Both the position numbers and the translations under genes were made by a program. A stretch of 64,000 nucleotides of DNA from Octopus vulgaris (lineage: Eukaryota), in assembly GCA_951406725.2 (NCBI GenBank), contig OX597822.1, positions 71,300,001 through 71,364,000 on the forward strand, written 5' to 3'. The notes beneath the pieces are model-generated. The model had not been told where the DNA came from and ran no database searches. It was given only the letters and a program-made list of their open reading frames with translations. Of this stretch, positions 37,552 through 51,388 are shown piece by piece (the stretch's first letter is position 1; each line of letters begins with the position of its first letter).

Positions 37552-38105
37552 ATATGGTAGCTGCCCCCTCCTTATCGAGTATGGCCATTGCACGAAGCTT
37601 AATCAATGTTGTTATCATGCAATGCCTGTGCAAGAAGATTTTTTTTAAAGTGAGGAAAAGCTGTGCACTGAGACAATCCCACTCACTAAGCTACAGCAGC
37701 CATAATCCGAAAAGAAGAACAAGTCAACATCATCGGTAACCACTGAGCCACAGGTTTTATGTCAGAGTTATCCCAGTTACCTGAGTTACCTTCTCCTAGA
37801 AGGATGCCCTAACAAAGGCTAGGAGTCCTTCACTCCCAATGGCTTAACTGCGCGATTGGGTATTCAGTCCGATTATTTCTATGGCCCCGCACATGATACA
37901 GCCTTAAGACATTTATTGGATAGCCGTTGTCTCTCAAGAGTTCCTCCGCCCTTTAACGGGCTTTGTTTTTCATCCCGCTGGGTGTCCAATAAACACCCTC
38001 CTCAGCAAGCAAACTTGGTGGGGTTGCCAGTTTAGTCACCGACGACCCTACCATGCAACAGGTTGTACTGGATTACATGTTACCAGTAGCACTCGAAAGT
38101 GACCT

Positions 38106-38108
<3 letters not shown>
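37552..38108 (-). mobile_element. Non-coding element in (TA)n resembling an RTE 5' UTR derivative
   Basis: Minus-strand ctcctagcctttgttagggcatccttctaggagaaggtaactc motif; TA flanks; no ORF. Confidence 0.5.
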
Positions 38109-38161
<53 letters not shown>

Positions 38162-40140
38162 AATAATATATAAATATATGCATATATACATACATATATC
38201 TACATACCTATATATATGTATATATGCATGCATATGTGAGTATAGGACATCAAAAAAACGTTGAACACAATGAGAAATGAAAACATAAAAACAAAAACAT
38301 AGAAAATGAACTTTTTTTTCAAACAACGAAAAAAACAAGCAGAGAAACGAGACATACAATGTATAGAATATTTCCCTTCTTCAGTTGTCCCTGTTTCATC
38401 TACTCCGCGTTTCGAATACAAAGACAATACGCGACTTCATTGAAACAGTCCTTCCTGCAAAGCAAATTAAATAAAATTATATATTTATATTATTATATGA
38501 TCGAACACTATGCATCCTTTTCCAATTATATCTATCTATCTATCTATCATCATCATCATCATCATCATTTAACGTCCGTTTTCCATGCTAGCATGGGTTG
38601 GATGGTTCGACTGAGATCTGGGAAGCTAGGAGGCTGCACCAGGCTCCAGTTTGATTTGGTAGTGTTTCTACAGCTGGATGCCCTTCCTAACGCCAATCAC
38701 TCCATGTGTGTGGTGGATGCTTTTTACGTGCCACCAGCATGGAAGCCAGTCAAGGCGGCACTGGCGTTGGCCACGATTTGATGGTGCTTTTTATGTGCCA
38801 CCGGCACAGGTATCACAACTACAATTTTCATTTGATTTTTGATGTTGATGTACTTGACTAATAGGTCTCCACAAGCACAGCAGGTCGCCCTATGGTCCAA
38901 GGTAAGCACAGTAGGCTGTCCTATATATATATATAACACAATTTAAAGTTACCTCAGCAGATTTTCTCTATAGGAAATCTATAGAGATAATTCTAAACTG
39001 TGATTGAATAGCACTGCTAATACAGGTAGGACACAGTAATGAATTATAACCCTTTTACGTACTTGGTAGTATCTTATTGTTGCATAACAAAATACAGTGT
39101 CCCTACCAGCAGTTAAAAGTTTTAGGAATGTAATTTAAAAGGTCAGTTTATATTTTTATTTCTTAATTTTATATTTATAGCTATGTTTTCACAATAAATT
39201 TTATTCCATTCTTAATATATTTAATAAAATTTTCTTTAAAGGAGACTAATTTTATTACACTTAATTAAAGGTTGCCTTCAAATATGTTTTTCTCTGGTTC
39301 TTATCCAAACTATCATTCTAGGAATATTAATGATGTCTAAATTAGGTGTAAGACCATTTTCAGAAGAAAGTTATTATTAACCAAAGTGACCCTACTATCG
39401 TACCTTTGCACTTCTATTATTTTATCAATCCTGAAGTATGAACATGAAAGTGTGTGTGGCTAGGTGATTAAAGTGTTGCACACATGATCACAAGGTTGCG
39501 ATTTCGAATCCTGGACCAGGCACTGTATTGGCTCCTCGAGTAAAGCCTTTCATTTTCACGTTGCTACGGACCAGTCAGCTTTAAATAAGTAACTGGCATC
39601 CCATTCAATGGGAAATTTGCTTTCTTGGTCACTTACCATCATCATCATCATCATCATCATCATTATCCTCATCATCATAACCATCATCATTTAATGTCTA
39701 TTTACCATGCTTGCAAAGGTTGGACGGTTTGACCAGAGCTGGCCAGCTAGAGAGTTGCATCAGGTTCCAATTGTCTGTTTGGGTAGGGTTTCGACAGTTA
39801 GATGTCCTTCCTAATGCCAACCACTTTACAGAGTGTACTGGGTGGTTTTTTTTTTACATGGCACCACATGGATGCTTTATCTGTAGCACCTGCACAGGTG
39901 CTTTACATGTGACACCGGCATATATCTTTTGTATATGACACCAGCACAAGTGCTTTATACATGATAGCATCATAGGAGCTTCATAAGCGATGCTAGCAAG
40001 GGTGGTTTACCCATGGCACCAGCATGGGGATTTTGCAAATGCCATCAGCATGAATACTTTTTACATGGCACCAGCGTGGCTGCTTTTTACTATGACCCGA
40101 CTTTTCTTCCGATGTCACTTTGTCCAATGTCGCTTCGTCC

Positions 40141-40532
40141 TCTTTTACTCTTTACTTTTTTACTTGCTTTCAGTCATTCAACTGTGGCCATGCTGGAGCA
40201 CCGCCTTTAGTCGAGTAAATTGATTCCAGGACTTATTTTTTGTAAGCCTTGTAGTTATTCTATCAGTCTCTTTTGCTGAACTCCTAAGTTACAGGGATGT
40301 AAACATACCAGCATCGGGTGTCAAGCGATGTTGGGAGAACAAACACAGACACACATATATATATATACATATATACGACAGGCTTCTTTCAGTTTCTGTC
40401 TACCAAATCCATTCACAAGGCTTTGGTCAGCCTGAGGCTATAGTAGAAGACACTTGCCCAAGATGCCATGCAGTGGAACTGAATCCAAAACCATGTGGTT
40501 GGTAAGCAAGCTACTTACCACACAGCCACTCT
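40141..40532 (-). mobile_element. SINE family A, full length
   Basis: Reverse complement of 10069-10475. Confidence 0.9.
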
Positions 40533-40547
40533 ACGTCCATGTATTTT

Positions 40548-40754
40548 GGTTCAACATGTTTTAGTCTGATGATCTTTTTGTCCAATGACTTTTTGTCCAA
40601 TATTAAATAAACTCTTTTGAACAAAAGGTGAACATGGAAATCAAATAATCATTGAGAATTTTATTGATAGGATTTGTCGGACAAAAAGAGAGACAAAAAG
40701 ATGTGGATGAAAAGATGTTTGATGAAGTAGCATCAGACTAAAAGACATAGAACC
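40548..40754. mobile_element. MITE-like element with subterminal tttgtcc/ggacaaa repeats
   Basis: ggttcaacatgttttagtctgatg vs catcagactaaaagacatagaacc inverted ends. Confidence 0.55.
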
Positions 40755-41217
40755 ACTTTTTACATGGTATTGGTATGGGTGCTTTTCTATGAGGCATCAG
40801 TACAGGTGCCACAAATGTGGCCCTGGCACAGGTGCATTCTTATGTGACTCTAGCATGGGTGCTTTTTACAGGATCCTGACATGGGTACCAGCCCTATGAG
40901 TATTAGGACTGAGGACAGTAATGTCCCAGGGTTGATCATGAAGTGTGTAAAGTGAAGTTGATTTTAGCATGATTTGAACTCAAACCAAAAATATTAATGA
41001 CTAAATAGTGCTAGGTATTTTACCTGAAGCTCCATAGATTTGGCCAATTCAACATAAAGTCCAGACATTTAATTATATATCTCTAGTTCTTGGTCAACAG
41101 CAAATCATAACTACTAGCAGCAGCATCTGATTTACCAATTATCCCACACTTAGAGTGAATTAAAGTTTCAAAGTATTATCTAACTTTAGAAAGCACCCAC
41201 AGACTTTATAATGCACT

Positions 41218-41254
41218 CACCATCATCATCATCATCGTCGTCATTATTGTCATC

Positions 41255-41314
<60 letters not shown>

Positions 41315-41430
41315 GTCATCATCGTCATCATCATCATCATCGTCGTCATCGTCTTCATTATCATCATCGTTATCGTCTTCATTATCATTGCCATTGTCAT
41401 CATCATCATCATTGTCATCGTTGTCATCAT
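41218..41430. repeat. (CAT)n tract, tail of a minus-strand retroelement
   Basis: Directly visible; followed by taacgtccacttttccatg...cagctggatgcccttcc. Confidence 0.85.
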
Positions 41431-41872
41431 CTTTGTTTCTTAACGTCCACTTTTCCATGTTCACATGAGCTGCACAGAATTTGTTGATGGAAATTTTGTA
41501 CAGCTGGATGCCCTTCCCATCACCAACCATCACCTGTTTCCCATGACCAGATATGTTTTCACAAGGAGACTGGGAATGAAGGACACTGCTTGTGAAAAGA
41601 TGTCACTCGTTTACAACCATCACAGGATGTCAAGGTAAGGAGAGAGGACAAGCAAACGTGCATATGCATGTGCACACATGCACACACATGTACATGGGAC
41701 AGGCTTCTTTCAGTTTCTGTCTACCTAATTCACTTACAAGGCATTGGTTGGCCTGAGACTATACTGGAAGATACTTGGCCAAGGTGCCACACTATGGGAT
41801 TGAACACAAGACCACGTGGTTTCGAAAGCAAGCTTTTTAACTACACAGCCATGCTTGTACATTTATTAATAG

Positions 41873-42268
41873 AGGCGCAGGAGTGGCTGTGTGGTAAGTA
41901 GCTTGCTTACCAACCACGTGGTTCCAGGTACAGTCCCACTGCATGATACCTTGGGCAAGTGTCTTCTACTATAGCCTCGGGCCAACCAAAGCCTTGTGAG
42001 TGAATTTGGTAGACGGAAACTGAAAGAAGCACGTTATGTATGTATGTATACATGTGTGTGTGTGTGTGTGTGCATGTGCTTGTGTGTCTATGTTTGTCCC
42101 CCCAACATTACTGGTGTGTTTACTTCCTCATAACTTAGCGGTTCGGCAAAAGATACCAATTGAATAAGTACTAGGCTTACAAAGAATAAGTCCTGGGGTC
42201 GATTTGCTCAACTAAAGGTGTTGCTCCAGCATGGCCGCAGTCAAATGACTGAAACACATAAAAGAGTA
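41873..42268 (+). mobile_element. SINE family A, full length
   Basis: ggcgcaggagtggctgtgtggtaagtagc...gactgaaacacataaaagag. Confidence 0.9.
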
Positions 42269-42652
42269 ATTGTCTTCACAAATGATTTTCCTCTAATTCT
42301 TTGAAGACTGAAGATATTCAAGCCAGAAGAAATTTCATTAGACAAATATCTTTCCTAAGCTAGGATATTTTCTGAAAACATGACTGTTTCTGACCTTGTT
42401 TCCCATGTGATGTTCATGATTTATCTCAAGTGTTTCCTCATGAATATTTACGGTTTTATTTCACTTGTTTCATGTATATTTCATATAGGCTCAGGAATGG
42501 TTGCATTACTAGAACCTTGTTTTCCAACCACATGGTTTCGGGTTCAATCCCATTGTGCAGTACCTTGGGCAAGTGTCTTCTGCTATAGCTCCGGGCCAAC
42601 CATGTGAATGGAAGTGGTAGGTGGAAACTGAAAGAAGCTCGTCATATATCTA

Positions 42653-42708
<56 letters not shown>

Positions 42709-42769
42709 ATCTATCTATCTATCTATCTATCTCTCTATCTCTCTATCTCTCTATCTATCTATCTATCTA

Positions 42770-43096
<327 letters not shown>

Positions 43097-44574
43097 TCTA
43101 TCTATATTTCAAAGGGCCAGTCCTGTCACATTCTGTGTCATGCTGAATCTCCCTGTGAATTACATTAAGGGTACACATGTCTGCGGAGTGCTCAGCCATT
43201 TGCAAGTTAATTCCATGAGCAGGCTGTTCCGTTGATCGTATCAACTGGAACACTCGTCATTATAACCAATGGAGTGTTTGGTTTTATTAGGCATCAGACA
43301 TTCTAATCTTTCTCTCCTTGTTTTCCCCTCTCTGCCTCTCTCTCTCCATTTAAGTGTGCGAGCATCTACTCTGTCTGTATGCATGTGTACTATCTTTCTG
43401 TTTCTTTCTCTCTCTCTCTCTCTCTCACTATCTTTCTTATTCTTTCTATCTGCATGCATATAAATCTGTGCACACTTGTATGCATATGTGTGTTTGCAAT
43501 CAGCATCAAAAAATAATGTCACCAAAACAGCCTGAATGTTCAGTCAGCCGTGACAAACCATCAACAACCAAAGAGTTGCACCAATTGCCTCATTCTAAAA
43601 ACTTCTCTTCTGTTTTGGATGTAGCTACGTTGCTGAAAGACTATACAATAAGGCAAGAAATTTTAGCATATTTTGTAATTTGTTTCGCTGTATGATAATT
43701 TTTAATACATTATTTATTGAAATATACTGCTAATGAAAGTAAGTTATTCTTGTAATTAACCAATCAGGAGTAAACTCATTAAAAAGTTTCCAGTTTCCGC
43801 TAAAAAAAAAAAATATCAAAATTGATAAAACAAGTTAGTTTTGACTATGGCTGCAATAATATGCCAACATTTTTAAAAAGAACATTTTCATTACTGTCTT
43901 CACTTAATAAAAATGAAATTTAAACATAAAAGAAACTTTTTAAAAAGGAAATTACTGGCACACTGTATTTTTAAGTCTAGTGTAATTAAAACAACGTTTG
44001 ATTATTTAAAATAGCATGCAGTAAATTAATAATGAAAGTTAATAGAAACAAACAAAATTATCTTATTCTATGTTTATTTATTTATTCGTTTGTTTTTGTG
44101 TGTGTATTATGTTTAAAACATAACCACGTCTCATTGTGTTCGTTTTTACCCAACAATCTCTGGAGAGAGAAAAATACAGTTTGTCATTGTTCATGAAATG
44201 AAATTTTTATCAAAAGTGCAGAAGTTTTTTTGGTAATATTAATGTTTTGAACAAACTTATCTGTCAAACTTTATTAATAAGTCCTGTCAGAACCCAGAAA
44301 CTAACTTTCTCATCGACCATGACAAAGTGTTGCGAATCCATTGGGTGAATGTAAATCTAGGTAAGTGAGCACTGGCTTGACACTCCCCACCTCTCCTGAC
44401 TCACATTTTAATTTGTAACCTTATTCACCATTCGGTGATCACCATGGAAAGTTATACTTAAGCATGTTTTTAGTAATTTAGAGAACCTATTAAAATTTGG
44501 TTTTATTTTGTCACCGTTCTTATAAATTAATAATAATAATACTACTACTACTAATAATAATAATAATAATAATA

Positions 44575-44737
44575 CTTTCTACTATAGGCACAAAACTTGA
44601 AATTTCATTGGTACTTAATTTATCGACCCCGAAAGGATGAAAGGCAAAGTTGACCTTGATAGAATCTGAATTCAGAACATAGTGGGAAACAAAATACTGC
44701 TAAGCATTTCGTCCGGTGTGCCAGCTGGCCACCCTCA

Positions 44738-44770
<33 letters not shown>

Positions 44771-44882
44771 CCTTTCTACTAAAGGCACAAAGCCTGAAAT
44801 TTGAGGGAGAGGATTAGTCAATTACATTGACCCCAGTGTTTCACTGGTACTCAATTTATCAAACTTGAAAGGATGAAAGACA

Positions 44883-44928
<46 letters not shown>

Positions 44929-45350
44929 GTTCCAAGGTGGTGAGATGGTAGAATTGTTAGCACGCCAGGTGAAATGCTTAGCAGTATTTTGTCTGTCTTT
45001 ATGTTCTGAGTTCAAATTCTGCTGAGGTCAACTTTGCCTTTCATCCTTTCGGGGTTGATAAATTAAGTACCAGTTGTGTACTGGGGTCAATCTAATCGAC
45101 TGGCCCTCTCCCCAAACATTTTGGGCCTTGTACCTAGAGTAGAAAAGAATAATGATAATGGTTCCAAATTTTGGCAGAAGGCCAGAAATTTCAGGTGAAG
45201 GGCTAAGGTCGATTAAATCAACCCCAGTGCTCAACTGGCACTTCTGTTATTGACCCCTTGGCAGAATTTGAACCCAGAATGTAAAGATGGACAAAGTGCT
45301 GCTAAGCATTTTTCCTGATGTAGTAACAATTCTGTCAGCTTGCTGCCCTT
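44575..45350. mobile_element. Cluster of SINE family B copies in both orientations within (AAT)n tracts
   Basis: Repeated family B core. Confidence 0.8.
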
Positions 45351-45737
45351 ACTCATTTAAATCAGGATTTGTTCTTAACACAGTAACCACCATGGCCTGT
45401 TACTGGAACTTGCCAGTGATGCCACAGATTTTGCATGGTCATGCTGCATACTGCTTAATTACAAGGAAATTTAATTTGCTTTGCATTTTTACAATATCTT
45501 ATAATTAAACTTTAATATTTAGCACTCACGTTATTTAAATATCCATGAAACCATATCAAAAACATAGAATAAAATATTTTTTCAAATTATGAAAATGCAC
45601 TCTCAGTGGTGCATAAGGAAGTTGAATGAAATTTGCAATGAATCACTGGTGGTACATGTGTTTGTTAATGTGTTAAATTAATTTGATTTAGAAATGGACA
45701 TTAGAAATGTTATGCAAAATAAAAAAATTAAAAAATA

Positions 45738-45902
45738 GACGCAGGAGGGGCTGTGTGGTAAGAAGCTTGCTTACCAGCCACATGGTTCCGGGTTCAGTCC
45801 CACTGTATGGCACCTTAGGCAAGTGTCTTCTATTATAGCCTCGGGCTGACCAAAGCCTTGTGAGTGGATTTGGTAGACGGAAACTGAAAGAAGCCCGTCT
45901 TA

Positions 45903-45934
<32 letters not shown>

Positions 45935-46345
45935 CACTTGTGTGTGTTTGTATGTATGTCTTGTATGTATGTATCTACTCGCAACACCAGAGGGCGCACA
46001 CTCTCCTACCCTGATGTAATCTCCAGGGATACAGGCATCCAGCAACAGGACCTCCGTAATGCTATGATGGACCATGAAGTCTGGCGCAACATGGTAAATT
46101 CCATTGTCTCGACCACGGTCGAACAATGATGATGATGATGTGTGTGTTTGTATGTCGCTTGACAACCGATGCTGGTGTGTTTACGTCCCCGTAACTTAGC
46201 AGTTTGGCAAAAGAGACCGATAGAATAAGTACTAGGCTTACGAAGAATAAGTCCTGGGGTCGATTTGCTCAACTAAAGGCAGTGCTCCAGCATGGATGCA
46301 GTCAAATGACTGAAACAAGTAAAAGAGTAAAAGAGAGAGTAAAGA
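45738..46345 (+). mobile_element. SINE family A interrupted by an RTE fragment
   Basis: Head at 45738, tail at 46141-46345; tgtgtgtgtttgtatgt duplicated at 45939 and 46139. Confidence 0.85.
45973..46140 (+). mobile_element. RTE/RTEX-type LINE 3' end with (TGA)n tail
   Basis: TRGRTLSYPDVISRDTGIQQQDLRNAMMDHEVWRNMV. Confidence 0.75.
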
Positions 46346-46656
46346 GAGAAAATAAAACTTCTGATTGTGAAACTAGATAGAAGGTGAATAAATGAGCCTA
46401 AAAAAAAACCAAGTACCATTTCCATGCCAGATTTAAAATCTGATTCTTTTACTCTTTTCCTTGTTTCAGTCATTTGACTGCAGCCATGCTGGAGCATCAC
46501 CTTTAGTCAAGCAAATTGACCCCAGGACTTATTCTTTGTAAGCCTAGTACTTATTCTATCGGTCTCTTTTGCCGAACCTCTAAGTTACGGGGACGTAAAC
46601 ACACCACCATCGGTTGTCAAACGATGCTGGGGGGACAAACACAGACACACAAACAT

Positions 46657-46689
<33 letters not shown>

Positions 46690-47737
46690 CACACACACAC
46701 ACACACCCACATATATATATATAAGACAAAAAACATTGAAATTTTGTTACACAGTGTTATGATTTCAAAAAGGATGCAAAGTGGCTTCACAGATCATGCC
46801 ATGAATGGTTAAGTGAAAATTCTCCCAGGGTTAATTATTCTTTGCAGAAGAGAGGGACATCCTGAAGAACTGCATAATATTTCCAGAGCCTGTTCATCAT
46901 GGCTCTCAAGGCACCTTTATTATCACACCATGACATTGAGAAGAGTCATATATCAAATAAATGGTAGAAGGACAATGAAATGGACACAGCAAACTTTATG
47001 GCCATAAGAGACAAAACAGAAAAAGAGCATTGTGTGTCACTTTGACAGTGCTGTGACATGATTGGTAAAGGAAAATCGAAAGAAATAATTTGTAATCTAT
47101 GCTACAATGAAAAAATATGCTTATTAATTCGTTGGGAGTATGTAACTTTTACTAAAAGAAAGCAATTATTAAAGTCTACAGTGTCTAGAAAATTCTTAAA
47201 AATTCTAATTTTAAGAAATTTCTTTTAACAAAATTTGGTTTCTAAACTTCTTTTATTATGGATGGTTTCAACTAGAGAAAGCTAATTCTAATTCATTGCA
47301 GAACAGAATTATTTAAACTACAAAATAATTACCATTCATTCTTTGTTATTTCTCTCTCTCAAATACATTAAGGAGCTACTTTCTTCAGACATATCAATAA
47401 AAACATTTCTCTAAATTATAAGTTTGAACCAGCGTCAGCCAAATTATGATGATTCCAGTATTCTTGCATATTTGTTGAGTGTTTTTGAAGAAATAGAAAG
47501 CTGAATAAGAAAAGTGGTTTTAGTTTACTTAGATCATTTGTACCAAATATAAACTATAAATTTGCAATCTTAATGATTTTATCATGCAGCACTCCTGATG
47601 TTATTTTATGATGGGGTGGGGGTTGGGGGACACAACTGTAAATTTAAAAAAAAGGCTTTTAATAGGTTGCACATTGAAACAGAATATAAGACATTGCAAA
47701 ATCATTTGGAAAATTCTTCAGTTGCTCACGGTATTTC

Positions 47738-48022
47738 ACCACCACCACCACCACCACCACCACCACTATCATCATCATCGTTGTCGTCGTTGTTGTTGTC
47801 ATCATCATCATCATCATCAGCAACAGCAGCAACAGCAGCACCACCACCATCACCAGCATCATTATCATCATCATCATCATCATCATCACCACCAGCAGCA
47901 GCAGCACCACCGCCACCACCATCACCACTATCATCATCATCATCATTGTCATCGTCGTCATCATCATTGGTAGCACCAGCGGCAGCACCACCACCACCAC
48001 CACAATCATCATCATCATCATT

Positions 48023-48059
<37 letters not shown>

Positions 48060-48137
48060 CCACCATCACCATCATCAGCAGCAGCAGCACCACCACCATC
48101 AGCAGCAGCAGCAGTACCACCAACAACAACAACAACT
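47738..48137. repeat. Mixed (CAN)n trinucleotide tract
   Basis: Directly visible. Confidence 0.9.
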
Positions 48138-48229
48138 ACACTGATTTAATGTAACATCCACTCTTTCATGCATGCATGGGTTGGATGGAATTTATCGATG
48201 CAGATTGTCTTCAATTCAGGCTGGATGTC

Positions 48230-48690
48230 CTGAATTGATCAAATTGAGTGAAGAAATTGCAAGAGAGGGTATTGTTTTGGAGGTCAATGTCTCATATGGA
48301 TTTTCAATAATTACTGATAAAATGTGCTGAAATGTCTGAGAAGGGCAATTGTCACTTGGTCTATGTTTTGTTAACACAATAAAATCTGATATTATGCAAG
48401 AGAAATTCCTTAAGTGAATTGGATACTGTTTCCATTGTTAATATAAGCATTGATTCGTTTAGAAAATTCATGTTAAGTCTAGAAAAAATGCTAAGTCTAG
48501 AAAACTACTAAAAACCACAAAATGTATAAAAACTACCTAAAAAAATCTACTTAAATCTAGGAATATTATTAAGGATATGATGGTTGCTCTACAAAGACAG
48601 GAAAGGAATTTGAGGAGGAAGCGAAAATAAAGGGCAAATACCCAAAAGCTGCATTTGTTCATTGTGTGACATGAAAGCTAAATCTTGTTA
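48230..48690 (+). mobile_element. Decayed hAT transposase remnant
   Basis: ELIKLSEEIAREGIVLEVNVSYGFSIITDK...QLSLGLCFV...QEKFL and GYDGCSTKTGK...IKGKYPKAAFVHCVT*KLNLV (hAT YDG / CxxH region). Confidence 0.75.
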
Positions 48691-48697
48691 AATCCTC

Positions 48698-49148
48698 TTA
48701 AATCCTTTAGCATTTAAACCAGCTATATCCAGCCCAAATATTCTACTTGTTTTACGTCCATACAAGGCTGATCCAACTTCTCACACCTACCCTGCAATGT
48801 GATTCTGAAAATGAAGAATCACATTTTTGAAATCTCAAAGCTGCAAAATAACATATACTCTTTTACTTGTTTCAGTCATTTGTTCAGTCATAAGATATGT
48901 ATATATGTATGTGTGTGTATGTCTGTATAAATATATTTTTTATTCTTTTATTTGTTTCAGTCATTTGACTGTGGCCATGCTGGAGCACCGCCTTTAGTCG
49001 AGCAAATCAACGCTTGGACTTATTCTTTGTAAGCCTAGTACTTATTCTATCTGTCCCTTTTGCTGAACTGCTAAGTTACAGGGACATAAACATACCAGCA
49101 CCAGTTGTCAAGCGATGTTGGGGGGACAAACACAGACACACAAACATA

Positions 49149-49199
<51 letters not shown>

Positions 49200-49466
49200 A
49201 TATATACATATATATATATACATATACATATATATGACAGGCTTCTTTCAGTTTCTATCTACCAAATCTACTCACAAGGCTTTGGTCGGCCCGAGGCTAT
49301 AGTAAAAGACTCTTGTCCAAAGTGCCACACAGTGGGGACTGAATCCAGATCCATGTGGTTTGTAAGCAAGCTACTTACCACACAGCCACTCCTGTGCCTA
49401 TAATTAAGAAATGTTAAATAAATAAGCATTATAGTTGACAGAGTTATCTGAATGCTAAAACGTTAA
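48698..49466. mobile_element. piggyBac-like MITE (reverse of the 30016 copy) carrying a SINE family A insertion (about 48940-49399)
   Basis: ttaaatcctttagcatttaaacc...tctgaatgctaaaacgttaa. Confidence 0.65.
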
Positions 49467-51184
49467 CACAGTTTCAGAAATAAGGAATGCTATTGGCATT
49501 CAATTACAGCCTTTACAATTGTTTCTCATTTAGTCTGTGGAGCATTACTCTATATAATGCCAACTATAGCTTGTGAAGAAATTCCTTGAGAGTTCTCACA
49601 TTCATTCCTATCATTCTTCTTGAATGTAGAGGATCTTCCTAGCATCTTTTTAGTCTGATGAGACTTCAAGAATCTGCCTCCCATGATTCCAGCAACCTCT
49701 AGCATTGACAGATGAACTTGTCTTGTCATGCCTGGGCTAGCACCACATAAAAAGCACCCATACCAGCACCACGTATACAAGCACCTGTGCTGGTGCCATA
49801 TAAAAAGCACATATGCAGTGTCACATAAAAGGCAGCTGTGCTGGCACCACATAAAAAGCATCCTGTGGATGGAATTAGGAAGGGCATCCAGCTGTAGAAA
49901 CCATAGCAAAACAGATGTGGGGAGCATGGTGCAGCTCTCTGGCTTGCCAGTTAATGAATGTTAAATGATGATGATGTGATGATATAATGATGATGATGAT
50001 GACTTTTGCCAGAATCCTGTTCTGTCATCATGATGCTTTCCTATCTGGGAGTACCCTGTCGGAGGACAATTCTTCTGTATTCAGTGTTTTACCCATTGAT
50101 ACATCAACATTATGATGTGTTATATTTCCCCAAAGTTCTTTGCTTCACGTATCCTGGTATTTTGAGCAATTGCTAGAAGTACTCTGCAAGGCAACCAAGT
50201 AATTTTCCTTTTTCCTGGAGCATTGATGATTCATCAGATAACTTCTGTTGGGTAACATCTCACATCTGAGATCCATTTTTGCCCTTCAATCCAGCCAGTT
50301 CTGTCTTAAGATTTGGATTCCTCATGGGCTTAATGGCCTGAAACTGATTTATGCATACAGTAGCTTGCTGTTAAGGAATAAATACTATAGGGCTCAGTGC
50401 TTTGGTTTGCCCAGGATCCTGTAATGCAGCCGAGATAACCAAGTACCATTTCTACATGAGATTTAACAGTTGACTGTAGTAGACATGAATGTTCTTGATT
50501 TGTTAATGGTTATGGCATTGAAGGACATGTTTGATGGCATATAAGACACATTTTTACCAAAGATACATCTCAAAAAAAAAATCACCTCAAGTTCTATATG
50601 TAAAATCCCCCCCCCCCCCCACTAAGCTGTAATGAACTAAAAACATTTTGCTTGAATATGTGCTACTGAAATTGGGGTACTTATAATATTCCTGTACATC
50701 TGTTCCGGTGGCACGTAAAAAGCACCATTTGATCGTGATCGTTACCTGCATTGCCTTACTGGCACTTGTGCCGGTGGCACATGAAAAAACATTCCAGCGA
50801 GGTCATTGCCAGTGCCGCTGTACTGACTCCTGTGCCAGTGGCACGTAAAAAAACACCATTTGAGTGTGGCTGTTGCCAGTACCACCCTCGTGCCATGGCA
50901 TTAGGAAGGGCATCCAGCTGTAGAAACTCTGCCAGATCAGATTGGAGCCTGGTGCAGCCATCTGGTTCACCAGTTCTCAGCCAAATCGTCCAACCCATGC
51001 TAGCATGGAAAGCGGATGTTAAATGATGATGATGATGATGATGATCTGTTATGTTATCAAATACAGTTATTCATCAAACAAATCAGTAAATGGTTTTGGA
51101 CACAAACGTTTTGTGAAGTGTTAGCACAGAATCTAACCATATCAGCTTGTTTTGTTTTGTTTTCATTTTGCAAAGTATACTGTT

Positions 51185-51388
51185 ATGGAGATGTACTTGC
51201 ATAGCAAGTGATTTGATCTGAGATCATGTGCTGGAACGAAAACAATTGCAGCGTGGAAGGTGTTTATAAGCCATTTAAGAAACACACAAAAGCCGTTCGA
51301 TTCACTTCAACATTTAAGTTTAATTTGTCAAAATATTTTCGTCGCTATAAGACCGCGACCTGTTTACTGACAAAAATCCGTGCTGCAT
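51185..51388 (-). mobile_element. 204-bp insertion with 14-bp TSD carrying a variant hammerhead fold (51324-51374)
   Basis: TSD caaagtatactgtt at 51171-51184 and 51389-51402. Confidence 0.85.

Noticed and set aside
38360-38420. Minus-strand GAAACGCG and CTGAAGA motifs
   Set aside because: Motif order and pairing do not give a consistent hammerhead in this copy
47598-48149. Pro/Ser/Ala or His/Gln-rich ORFs (also 34407-34887, 28213-28798, 54864-55385)
   Set aside because: Translations of simple repeats
50000-50550. Further possible RTE remnants (also about 9780-10040 and 46750-47030)
   Set aside because: Too decayed to support by eye; would need a profile search
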